This document shows positions 8,069 to 16,633 of a DNA stretch of 36,992 nucleotides, piece after piece. Numbering within the stretch: the stretch's first letter is position 1; each line of letters begins with the position of its first letter. Under the pieces are notes generated by a model that did no database searches, was not told the DNA's origin, and was given only the letters and a program-made list of their open reading frames with translations. This DNA is from a virus (lineage: Duplodnaviria; Caudoviricetes). Position numbers and translations under genes: made by a program. The stretch spans positions 1 through 36,992 of the IMG/VR virus record IMGVR_UViG_3300011337_000091; one strand, written 5' to 3'.

Positions 8069-9010
8069 ATGGCTTTAGTTTTAGCGGATAGAGTTAAGGA
8101 AACGACTACGTCTACAGGCACTACCGCTATTACTTTAGCTGGTGCTGCTACAGGGTATCAGACATTTTTATTAGCAGTAGGCAATGCAAACACGACTTAC
8201 TACACCATAGCAGACCAAACTGGCGCTAACTGGGAAGTAGGGATTGGAACTTATACAAGTGCAGGGAATACACTAAGTCGAGATACGGTGTTAGCATCCA
8301 GTAACGCTGGTAGTTTAGTTGTATTTCTTACAGGTACTAAAGATGTGTTTGTTACCTACCCTGCTGAAAGAGCTTTATATACTGGTGGTCCTTTAGGAAC
8401 TCCCGCTAGTGGTACTTTAACAAATTGTACGTTCCCAACGCTTAACCAAAACACAACGGGAACGGCTGCGGGGCTGTCTGCTACTTTAGCGATTGGCTCT
8501 GGCGGTACAGGCGCAACAACCTTAGCTGGTGCTAATTTACCAGTAACAAACGTAGCAAATACGTTCACAGGTACACAGACTTTTAGCGGAACGTCAACTA
8601 CATTAGCGGCTATCTTAACTAATGCGGCTGAGACGACTACGGTATCTGCTACTGCGGCTACTGGTACGATTGCTTACTACACAAGCTCACAATCGGTTTT
8701 GTATTACACAAGTAATGCTTCAGCTAACTGGACAATCAATATTACCCATTCAGCAGGAACTACGCTAAATACTGTGATGGCTATTGGACAGACAATTACA
8801 GTTACTCACATGGTAACTAATGGAGCTACAGCATTTTATAATAACGTAGTGCAAGTAGATGGAACAGGAACTGGTGTGACAACTAAATGGCAGGGTGGGG
8901 CATCACCTACAAGTGGTAATACTTCTGCTGTCGATGTTTATACTTACGCTATTATTAAGACCGCTAATGCAACATTTAGCGTTTTTGTTGCCCTTTCTAA
9001 GTTTGCTTAA
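8069..9010 (+). CDS. Tail fibre protein
   Basis: N-terminal MALVLADRVKETT.STGT...WEVGIGTY...G.KDVFVTYPA anchor; T/G/A-rich shaft with L.I..GGTGATT; C-terminal W.GG..PT.G.....DVY.Y domain. Confidence 0.75.
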   Translation: MALVLADRVKETTTSTGTTAITLAGAATGYQTFLLAVGNANTTYYTIADQTGANWEVGIGTYTSAGNTLSRDTVLASSNAGSLVVFLTGTKDVFVTYPAERALYTGGPLGTPASGTLTNCTFPTLNQNTTGTAAGLSATLAIGSGGTGATTLAGANLPVTNVANTFTGTQTFSGTSTTLAAILTNAAETTTVSATAATGTIAYYTSSQSVLYYTSNASANWTINITHSAGTTLNTVMAIGQTITVTHMVTNGATAFYNNVVQVDGTGTGVTTKWQGGASPTSGNTSAVDVYTYAIIKTANATFSVFVALSKFA

Positions 9011-9019
9011 GGATTTTTT

Positions 9020-10057
9020 ATGCCTTTAATATCTAGTCTGGGGTTAATGAATGCAACAGGGTTTGGTTTATCTGCGTCTGGTAAAAAATCAACTGTGGTT
9101 TTTGCCCATACAACAACACCATTTATTTCAGCTTACCCGTGGTCTAGTGGGTTTGGCACTAAGTACGCTAATCCTACTACATTACCTACAGGAAATGGGA
9201 CGGGAGTTAATTTTAGTCCAGATGGCACCTCAGTTGTTTTATCTCACTCAGTATTCGCATTTACATCTGCATATCCTTGGAGTAGTAGTGGTTTTGGTAC
9301 TAAGTACGCTAATCCTTCTGTACCACCTTCTGATGCTCCGCTTAGTGTAAACTTTAACCCAACTGGTACTGTTGTTGCCTTCCCCAATACAGTGGCGGGT
9401 GTTATAGCATACGCTTGGAGTAGTGGGTTTGGTACTAAATATGCTAACCCTGCTACAATATATAGTGACGGGTATTTTGTAACTTTTAATCCAGCAGGCA
9501 CTGTTATAGCTGTAGGTGGAGGTAATGGTGGAGCTAAATATGTATATGCTTACCCTTGGTCTTCTGGATTTGGTACTAAATATACTGACCCAACCACTCA
9601 ACCTCCTTTATTTGTTTTTGGGGTAGGATTTAACCCTACCGGTACAGCTATAGTCACTGCACATACAGGAACACCATTTACAACAGCTTACCCGTGGTCT
9701 AGTGGGTTTGGCACTAAGTACGCTAATCCTACTACATTACCTACAGGAAATAGTGTGTCGGTAAAATTTATATCTAGTGGTTCTAAAGTTTTTATAGGAC
9801 AAGCATCTGGAACAGGAGCAAGGTTATCTATTTATAACTGGTCAGGTGGGTATAGCTCTAAAGTATCTATCACCGCACCATCACTTGTAGGTAATCGTGT
9901 TCGAGCAATTGTGTTTGATGCTAATGAGTCAAATGTAATTTTTGCTGCATCAGGATTGGGGTTTGCATACACACTCTCTGGCGGTTCATTAGGAACCCAA
10001 TATGCCGACATGTCCCCACCATTAGCGGACACATACGGTGTATCTTTTACACTTTAA
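9020..10057 (+). CDS. Beta-propeller repeat protein, putative receptor-binding fibre tip
   Basis: About 7 repeats of ~44 aa with AYPWSSGFGTKYANP...V.F.P.GT.V. Confidence 0.7.
   Translation: MPLISSLGLMNATGFGLSASGKKSTVVFAHTTTPFISAYPWSSGFGTKYANPTTLPTGNGTGVNFSPDGTSVVLSHSVFAFTSAYPWSSSGFGTKYANPSVPPSDAPLSVNFNPTGTVVAFPNTVAGVIAYAWSSGFGTKYANPATIYSDGYFVTFNPAGTVIAVGGGNGGAKYVYAYPWSSGFGTKYTDPTTQPPLFVFGVGFNPTGTAIVTAHTGTPFTTAYPWSSGFGTKYANPTTLPTGNSVSVKFISSGSKVFIGQASGTGARLSIYNWSGGYSSKVSITAPSLVGNRVRAIVFDANESNVIFAASGLGFAYTLSGGSLGTQYADMSPPLADTYGVSFTL
9129..9751 (+). repeat. Perfect 68-bp dispersed direct repeat (9129-9196 and 9684-9751)
   Basis: CAGCTTACCCGTGGTCTAGTGGGTTTGGCACTAAGTACGCTAATCCTACTACATTACCTACAGGAAAT is identical in both copies. 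Confidence 0.9.
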
Positions 10058-10082
10058 ACAAACAAAATAGGAAAAATAAACA

Positions 10083-10475
10083 ATGTACATGACAATTAAC
10101 CCACAAGACACAATCAATACTTTAGCTCTAAATGTAGTGCATAGAGAAAGAGAAGTGCATCAATATCAAATTAACATTGATAACTATACAGCGATGCTTG
10201 CAGCTATGCCACAAGGTGAACCCCCTGCTGAAATCCTGCAATACATGAGTACAAAAACAGAGGAATTACCTTTTGATGTACCTTTGGAAACAGTACAAGC
10301 CGTTGCTGATTATCAGTATCGTGACCGTATTAGATATTTAATTCGCACAGAAGCTATTGAACAAAACAAAGCTAAACAAGTGCTTAATGCGCTAAAAGCT
10401 CAAATCCCTGCCGACCAACTAGATGCTTTAGTTGCTGAGGCTTTAGTAATTGTTAATGCTCAAACCCCTGCATAA
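10083..10475 (+). CDS. Helical hypothetical protein, possible fibre assembly chaperone
   Basis: 130 aa directly after the propeller gene; function by position only. Confidence 0.5.
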   Translation: MYMTINPQDTINTLALNVVHREREVHQYQINIDNYTAMLAAMPQGEPPAEILQYMSTKTEELPFDVPLETVQAVADYQYRDRIRYLIRTEAIEQNKAKQVLNALKAQIPADQLDALVAEALVIVNAQTPA

Positions 10476-10482
10476 ATAGACT

Positions 10483-11541
10483 ATGTTTGGCTTCTCTGCG
10501 TTTGCTGATACTCCGTTTGCTTCCTTACCTATTGTAAGTAGTGGGGGTATTTCTGTTGACTTAACAGAAACGCTAACAGCAAGTGACGATCAGACTATAT
10601 CTTTAAATGCGTCAGCATTGCTTACAGAATCAGTAAGTGCATCAGATATACAGATAGTAGGAACAATCTCAAATGTAGATGTTTCTGAAACGCTTACCGC
10701 TACTGACACACAAACAGCTACAGCATCACTAATTGTAGCTGTACTCGAAACGCTAACTGCAGTAGATGAGCAAGTTTATGGTAGTGATATTACTGTTGAT
10801 TTATCTGAAGCACTTACTGCATTAGATGCACAGGTCTACACACTAGGTTATAGTTTAGCGATAACAGAGTCAGGTGCCGCAAGTGATGTAGTTGTAAATA
10901 GCTTAGAAGTATCAACAGATTTAACTGAACCCGTAACCGCTACTGACACACAAGCGTATTTAATATCCCTAGCAGCGTCTTTAACTGAAGCCTTAACGTC
11001 AACCGACTCTCAATTATCAGTATTAACGGGTTTATGTGATGTATCTGAAACAGCTACAGCGTTAGACACTATTACAAATACAGCGTCTCTATTAAGCGCC
11101 TTATCTGAAACAACTACAGCAACTGATGAGCAAACAGCATCTATTCCTTGGTCTGCTGATTTAACTGAGAGTGTATCAACTACTGAATCACAGAGTTTAT
11201 CTTTTGAGCTAGTTGCCTATTTAACTGAATCATTATCAAGCTCTGATGCTCAGACTGCCACGTATACTTTAGTTGGTGACGTATCAGAAAGCTTATCTGC
11301 CCTTGCAGAACAGTCTAATATCGCTAACTTAGTATGCTCAGTACTAGAAGCGGGTAATGCTGTAGAGTTAATAGTTGGTGGCGGTCAATTCTCTGTACTC
11401 ATAAACGAAGTAGTCTATGCAATTGACTCCGTCACTGCACGAGATTTATGGGAAAATATTGACGACACACAGACCGCTAACTGGGGTGCAGTAAGCACAA
11501 CACAAACTCCTAATTGGACACCAATTAATACATCAGGTTAA
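10483..11541 (+). CDS. Acidic 20-aa-repeat structural protein
   Basis: N-terminal MFGFSAFADTPFASL; about 15 repeats of [LV]xExxxAxDxQ; Trp-rich C-terminus. Confidence 0.65.
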   Translation: MFGFSAFADTPFASLPIVSSGGISVDLTETLTASDDQTISLNASALLTESVSASDIQIVGTISNVDVSETLTATDTQTATASLIVAVLETLTAVDEQVYGSDITVDLSEALTALDAQVYTLGYSLAITESGAASDVVVNSLEVSTDLTEPVTATDTQAYLISLAASLTEALTSTDSQLSVLTGLCDVSETATALDTITNTASLLSALSETTTATDEQTASIPWSADLTESVSTTESQSLSFELVAYLTESLSSSDAQTATYTLVGDVSESLSALAEQSNIANLVCSVLEAGNAVELIVGGGQFSVLINEVVYAIDSVTARDLWENIDDTQTANWGAVSTTQTPNWTPINTSG

Positions 11542-11545
11542 AAAC

Positions 11546-13291
11546 ATGACAACAGCATATACATCACTATTAGGCTTTGCCCTACCTCAGACAGGTGACT
11601 TGAGTGGTACTTGGGGCAACGTCGTAAACACTAGCATAACTCAGCTTGTTGAAGACTCTGTTGCAGGAGTTGCTACAACATCTGTTGCTTCTGGAGATTG
11701 GACACTGACGACTACTGGATCAGGGGCAGATAACGAGGCTAGAAAAGCTATCATTATTCCCACAGGTGCTGGCACCACATTACGATACATTAACGCGCCT
11801 AAATCATCTAAAGCATACATAGTTGTTAATAATTATGCAGGGTCTGTTGTTTTTCGAGGAGGCCCTACAACCCCCACAACAGGTGTGACAATTACTACTG
11901 GGAAAAAAACCCTAATTGCTTGGAACGGGACAGATTTTGTTGAGATTGCACCAAGTTTAGTTGCCACTGCTACAGCAGCTAACGGACTTAATTCAGCTAC
12001 TACGACTGTAGCGGTTAACAGTGCGACAGCACCTACCACAGGGCAAGTATTAACCGCAACAAGTGGTTCAGCGGCTACATGGCAAACGCCCACGTCATCG
12101 GGAGGGTCAGTAACATCTGTTGCAGCGACTGTACCTAGTTTCTTATCTGTATCGGGTTCACCCATAACAACTTCAGGAACTCTTGCTATTTCATACTCTG
12201 GTACAGCTCTTCCTGTTTTAAATGGGGGTACAGGAACAACCACACCCGCTCTTGTTGCTGGAACTAATGTAACTATATCCGGCACATGGCCTAACCAGAC
12301 TATTAATGCTTCTGGAGGTGGAGGCGGGACAGTAACATCTGTTAGTGGGACAGGGTCTGTAAATGGTATTACGCTGTCTGGAACCGTAACTTCAACTGGG
12401 TCTTTGACATTAGGCGGTACGCTAAGTAATGTTAGTTTATCTTCCCAAGTAACTGGGACTTTACCGGTAGCTAATGGCGGTAACGGTACTGCTTCCCCAT
12501 CTATATCTGCAGGTACAGGGATTTCTGTAAGCGGGTCATGGCCTACCTACACTATCACTAACACAGCGTCATCTTTAACTGGTCAGACTACAGGTAGTAG
12601 CGGTTCGCCTTTACAGACTACAGTGCTAGGCGTAAATTCTTATCCAGGGTCTGGTAACTTTAATACCGTATTAGGTGCTTCTGCGGGTTCAAGCTCTATG
12701 TCTGGAGCGTTTAATATCCTGATTGGGTACCAATCAGGATACGCACTTACATCTGGTTTTCAAAATACTTGTATTGGCGCTTCCACAGGCCCTGCAGGGG
12801 CAGGTAGCTACGGTACTGCTCTAGGTATAAATGCTTTACAGGGTGGAATTGGAAATTATAACGTAGGGATTGGATACAGCGCAAGCACGTCTACCTTAGC
12901 TATATCAAACGAAGTAACCATCTATAACGGGTCAGTTAATGCACGGTTCCAAGGTGCTGCTTCATCGTGGTCATTTGTGTCTGATGCACGAGATAAAACT
13001 AACATCGCTGACTTATCGGTAGGACTAGCCTTTGTTAACCAGCTTCAGCCTAGAACATTTGATTGGGACCTTAGAAAATCTGAAGTAGATAAAGGTAAAA
13101 AAGCATCGGGTTTTATAGCTCAAGAAGTGTTGGCGGTAATGGAATCTGAAAACGCTATGTACACGCAATTAGTCAGTACCGCTGATGAAGAGCAATATAC
13201 CTTAGCGCAGACAAACCTTATCCCTATTCTAGTAAATGCAATTAAAGAATTATCTGCTCGTGTAGCGGCTTTGGAGGCGTCTAATGGGTAA
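11546..13291 (+). CDS. Tail fibre with C-terminal intramolecular chaperone (peptidase S74-like)
   Basis: N-terminal TG..SGTWG...N; shaft repeats GTLPV.NGG.GT and GTVTSV; C-terminal SDARDKTNI..L..GL..V..L.P..F.W, GFIAQEV, LIPILVNAIKEL coiled coil. Confidence 0.85.
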   Translation: MTTAYTSLLGFALPQTGDLSGTWGNVVNTSITQLVEDSVAGVATTSVASGDWTLTTTGSGADNEARKAIIIPTGAGTTLRYINAPKSSKAYIVVNNYAGSVVFRGGPTTPTTGVTITTGKKTLIAWNGTDFVEIAPSLVATATAANGLNSATTTVAVNSATAPTTGQVLTATSGSAATWQTPTSSGGSVTSVAATVPSFLSVSGSPITTSGTLAISYSGTALPVLNGGTGTTTPALVAGTNVTISGTWPNQTINASGGGGGTVTSVSGTGSVNGITLSGTVTSTGSLTLGGTLSNVSLSSQVTGTLPVANGGNGTASPSISAGTGISVSGSWPTYTITNTASSLTGQTTGSSGSPLQTTVLGVNSYPGSGNFNTVLGASAGSSSMSGAFNILIGYQSGYALTSGFQNTCIGASTGPAGAGSYGTALGINALQGGIGNYNVGIGYSASTSTLAISNEVTIYNGSVNARFQGAASSWSFVSDARDKTNIADLSVGLAFVNQLQPRTFDWDLRKSEVDKGKKASGFIAQEVLAVMESENAMYTQLVSTADEEQYTLAQTNLIPILVNAIKELSARVAALEASNG

Positions 13292-13472
13292 AATACTTAA
13301 AGCATGGAACTACTTAACGGCTCGTTTAAAAGAGCCGTCTACGCACGCGAGTGTGGCAGCCTTAGCAACGATGGCGGGTATGAATATTGAGGCTGGTCCT
13401 ATCCATGATGGGTTAACTGCGGCAGGTGTAGTGTTTGGTATGATTGGGTTATTTGTATCAGAAGGCAAATAA
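13284..13472 (+). CDS. Putative holin
   Basis: 62 aa, RLKEPST motif, two hydrophobic segments, GGAGG RBS, directly upstream of the endolysin. Confidence 0.65.
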   Translation: MGKILKAWNYLTARLKEPSTHASVAALATMAGMNIEAGPIHDGLTAAGVVFGMIGLFVSEGK

Positions 13473-13473
13473 A

Positions 13474-13827
13474 ATGAGCGAATACTTTAAGCCAGAAGAA
13501 TTTGCTTGCCACTGCGGGTGCGGAGAGAAAGACGTAAACCCAAAGCTCGTTGACTTGCTAGACCGCATCCGAAAATCATTTGATAAACCTATTACCATCA
13601 TGAGCGGTAGACGATGCAAAGCACACAACGCTAAAGTAGGCGGTGCAAAGAACAGCCAACACGTTCTCGGTAACGCAGCCGATATTCAAGTAAAAGGGGT
13701 TGAGCCTGATGACGTGCAAGAATACCTAATGAAGCATTTTAATTTGGATTGCCAAGGTCTTGGACGCTACAGAACTTTTACGCATATAGATGTTCGTGAT
13801 GGTAAACTTGCACGTTGGAACGGATAA
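13474..13827 (+). CDS. Endolysin, peptidase M15A family (Zn peptidase)
   Basis: Start at ATG 13474; YF...EF.C.CGCG, SG.RC..HN..VGG..NSQH..G.AADI, G.Y.TF.H.DVR. Confidence 0.9.
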   Translation: MSEYFKPEEFACHCGCGEKDVNPKLVDLLDRIRKSFDKPITIMSGRRCKAHNAKVGGAKNSQHVLGNAADIQVKGVEPDDVQEYLMKHFNLDCQGLGRYRTFTHIDVRDGKLARWNG

Positions 13828-13840
13828 ATAAAGGTGAACT

Positions 13841-15712
13841 ATGCCACTTAAATCGATAACTTTTCGCCCTGGGGTATCTCGTGAAGGAACTAATTATGCC
13901 AACGAGGGCGGTTGGTACGCCTGCAATAAGGTAAGATTTCGCTCAGGATTTCCTCAAAATATTGGTGGGTGGCAAAAATTTAACTCTAACAATTACACAG
14001 ATGTGTGCCGGTCACTAAGAAACTGGACGGCTATTGTAGGTAATAACTATACAGGTGTAGGCACAAACATTCGTTTCTTCGTAGAGTTTAACGGGGTGCT
14101 TTACAACATCACACCCTATAGACTTGAAGTTTCTCCTCTCACACCAGCCAACCCCCTAAGTTTAACTTCAGGGCAAACGACTGTAACCATAACTTACGCT
14201 AATCACGGCGCCGCTACAAACGACTATATTTCAATCTCTGGTGCAGTGATGACGACCAGCGGTGTACCTAGCGCTGAGGTTAACGGATACCACCAAATAA
14301 CTGTATTAAATACAAGCACGTTTACATTTCAAGTGACAACCCCCGCTACAACAACGGCTTCAGACGGTGGGTCAGCCATTGTATTAAAATTTGAAGCCTC
14401 CGCAGGACTACCTATCAACGTAATTGGTCTTGGTTGGGGTGCAGGTACATGGGGCAGAAGCACTTGGGGTAGCGCAGCGTCTTCAGGAGGTGTAGTACAG
14501 CCTTTGGGGTATTGGACGCAAGATAACTACGGACAAGATTTAGTGATAGCCCCCACTAATGGTGAAATATATTATTGGAAAATAAGTACGAGCGCTACAA
14601 GCGCAGGTATTCCTTACGCTGATGCAGTTAAACTTAGTTCTCTTAGTGGTGCTGCGGATTGCCCTACAACTGTTACAGGAATTATCACCACAGATGAAAA
14701 CCATGTAATGGCGCTTGGATGTAATGCAATAGGTGAGACAGCAAAAACACCCATGCTTATACGCTGGGCAGATCAAAACAACCCCGCACTTTGGACACCA
14801 AGCATAGCTACTTCAGCAGGTGGGTATAAGCTAACCTATGGTGACTCCATAGTCACAGCAATAAAAACGCGCCAAGAAACACTTATCTTTACCGATAGTG
14901 CGCTGTACGGTGCACAGTACGTTGGGACACCTTTTACTTTTAACTTCCAACCACGCTCAACTAATATCACAATAGCATCGCCCTTTGCGGCTGTGTCGGT
15001 AAACAACATTACCTATTGGATGGGGCATAAAAAGTTCTTTACATACAACGGTACAGTTGAAACCCTACCATGCTCACTTCGCCAGTACATATTTGACGAC
15101 TTTAACTTTGCTCAAGAAGCGCAGACGTTTGTTGGGTCTGTTGGTGAATTTAGTGAAATCTGGTGGTTCTACTGCTCAGCTAATGCAGTATCTCCCGATA
15201 AATACGTGGTGTACAACTACCAAGAACGCATTTGGTATTACGGAACTATAGACAGAACAGCTTGGATTGACTGCCCGCAAAGGTCTTACCCTATCGCTGC
15301 AATAGACGGAAATCTAATCTATCAAGAGAACGGACTAGCTGATAACGCTACAGGAACAGAATTGCCTATAGCCGCCTTTATTCAGTCAGCGGATTTTGAC
15401 CTTGATGATGGGGATCATTTTACATTTGTTAAACGGCTTATTCCTGATATTACGTTCTCAGGGTCTACAGATACAACCCCTGCTGTTACAATGAAACTGT
15501 ACGCTAAAGACTTTCCGGGCGGTCCATATAACCAAGAAACTGACGAACCTATTACGCGGACAACAGCGGTGCCTATTGAAGAGTTCACACAACAAAAATG
15601 GTTACGACTACGCGGGCGCCAAATAGCGTTTAGAATTGAAAGCGAATCTACAGGCACGCAGTGGTCACTTGGCATACCGCGACTTGATTTAACTCCTGAT
15701 GGCAAAAGATGA
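13841..15712 (+). CDS. Tail nozzle / tubular protein B (P22 gp10-like DNA stabilisation protein)
   Basis: 623 aa beta-rich; W...NKVRFR.G.P..IGGW, IRW.DQ, E.WWFY.S, YV.YNY.E..W..G...RTAW.D, R.RGRQ, G..RLD..PDGKR; precedes ejection genes. Confidence 0.75.
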   Translation: MPLKSITFRPGVSREGTNYANEGGWYACNKVRFRSGFPQNIGGWQKFNSNNYTDVCRSLRNWTAIVGNNYTGVGTNIRFFVEFNGVLYNITPYRLEVSPLTPANPLSLTSGQTTVTITYANHGAATNDYISISGAVMTTSGVPSAEVNGYHQITVLNTSTFTFQVTTPATTTASDGGSAIVLKFEASAGLPINVIGLGWGAGTWGRSTWGSAASSGGVVQPLGYWTQDNYGQDLVIAPTNGEIYYWKISTSATSAGIPYADAVKLSSLSGAADCPTTVTGIITTDENHVMALGCNAIGETAKTPMLIRWADQNNPALWTPSIATSAGGYKLTYGDSIVTAIKTRQETLIFTDSALYGAQYVGTPFTFNFQPRSTNITIASPFAAVSVNNITYWMGHKKFFTYNGTVETLPCSLRQYIFDDFNFAQEAQTFVGSVGEFSEIWWFYCSANAVSPDKYVVYNYQERIWYYGTIDRTAWIDCPQRSYPIAAIDGNLIYQENGLADNATGTELPIAAFIQSADFDLDDGDHFTFVKRLIPDITFSGSTDTTPAVTMKLYAKDFPGGPYNQETDEPITRTTAVPIEEFTQQKWLRLRGRQIAFRIESESTGTQWSLGIPRLDLTPDGKR

Positions 15713-15716
15713 CATG

Positions 15717-15772
15717 TATACAGATGTAAATTTACAATGTATAATAAAAGCTCTAAACAATTTATGGAGCTT
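15717..15772 (+). promoter_or_regulatory. Promoter plus RBS-sequestering hairpin upstream of HNH gene
   Basis: TATACA (15717-15722), 17 bp, TATAAT (15740-15745); palindrome TGTAAATTTACA (15725-15736); AAGCTC (15748-15753) pairs with GAGCTT (15767-15772), covering GGAG. Confidence 0.6.
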
Positions 15773-15776
15773 AGTT

Positions 15777-16394
15777 ATGGGTAAATATATAGATCGCACT
15801 GGAATGATATATGGCAAATTAACTGTATTGGGCAGACAAGGACATAATAGTTGTAAAAAAACTAGCTGGTTATGCTTATGTTTATGCGGGAAAAAAACGG
15901 TAGTGGATGCCTGCTCTTTAGCTACAGGTAACACAACTTCATGCGGATGCTACAAACCAAGTTTTAAACATGGGGGATGGAAAAAGTCTTCCTACAACAC
16001 TTGGAGAGCTATGATGCGTAGATGTAATAACCCAAAAGATAAAGATTATGTAAAATACGGCGCTATGGGTATATCAGTGTGCGAAAAATGGCACGATTAT
16101 CTAGCGTTTGAATCTGATATGGGAGAGCCAGTAGGGGCTGAAACATTAGATAGAATTGACACGTACGGTAACTATGAACCCTCTAACTGTAGATGGGCGT
16201 CAGTTGCAACACAGAATAGAAACCTTAGAGTTCGTAAGAGTAGTAAATCTGGGCACACTGGGGTGTACCCTGTAGACGGCAAATGGATAGCTGCTATAAC
16301 AGCTAATAAAAGGAAGTATTACTCTAAAGTGTTTAAGTCTTTAGAAGAAGCTATCCAAGCGCGTAAACAATTAGAACAAACATATTGGGTTTAG
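15777..16394 (+). mobile_element. Free-standing HNH homing endonuclease with C-terminal AP2-like domain
   Basis: ATG 15777 with GGAG; G..YGKLTV, W.C.C.CG, SCGC, Y..W..M..RC.N, YG..GI.VC..W, TLDRID..GNYEPSNCRWA...QN.N, then SG.TGV....KW.A.I....EEAI.AR; AT-rich insertion between structural genes. Confidence 0.88.
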
Positions 16395-16397
16395 ACT

Positions 16398-16625
16398 ATG
16401 GCTTCAAATAATATACAAGTACCCATTTTACCCGTGCCTCCAGTACAATATGACCAAAACTGGGCGAATCAAGTGGTGCGCATCCTTAACTTTTATTTCA
16501 CTGCTCTACAGAACCCAGGCCCTATGCGGGGCACAACCATCACATTAACCGATTTACCCACCAGTAGCACGGGACTCGCATCAGGGTCTTTGTGGAACGA
16601 CAGTGGTACAGTAAAAATAGTATAG
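16398..16625 (+). CDS. Small tail-associated protein
   Basis: 75 aa; LP.PP.QYD...NQ..R.L..YF and LPTS..GL..G.LWND.GT.KI motifs. Confidence 0.55.
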   Translation: MASNNIQVPILPVPPVQYDQNWANQVVRILNFYFTALQNPGPMRGTTITLTDLPTSSTGLASGSLWNDSGTVKIV

Positions 16626-16633
16626 GAGCAGTC

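Noticed and set aside
9129-9751. Repeat pair as DGR template/variable region
   Set aside because: The copies are identical rather than adenine-mismatched, both are internal to one gene, and no reverse transcriptase is present in the window
1639-15976. Looser [FYM]xxGG matches (YITGG in ORF 1249, FKNGG in 1787, YTTGG in 7020, FKHGG in the HNH gene) as members of the GG signal
   Set aside because: They fall inside compact folded domains, are single and lack the [AK]-[AEKS] core; treated as background
15699-16397. HNH gene as part of a group I intron, or starting at 15699
   Set aside because: Flanking genes look complete and there is no room for intron core elements; ATG 15777 has an RBS and matches the expected N-terminus
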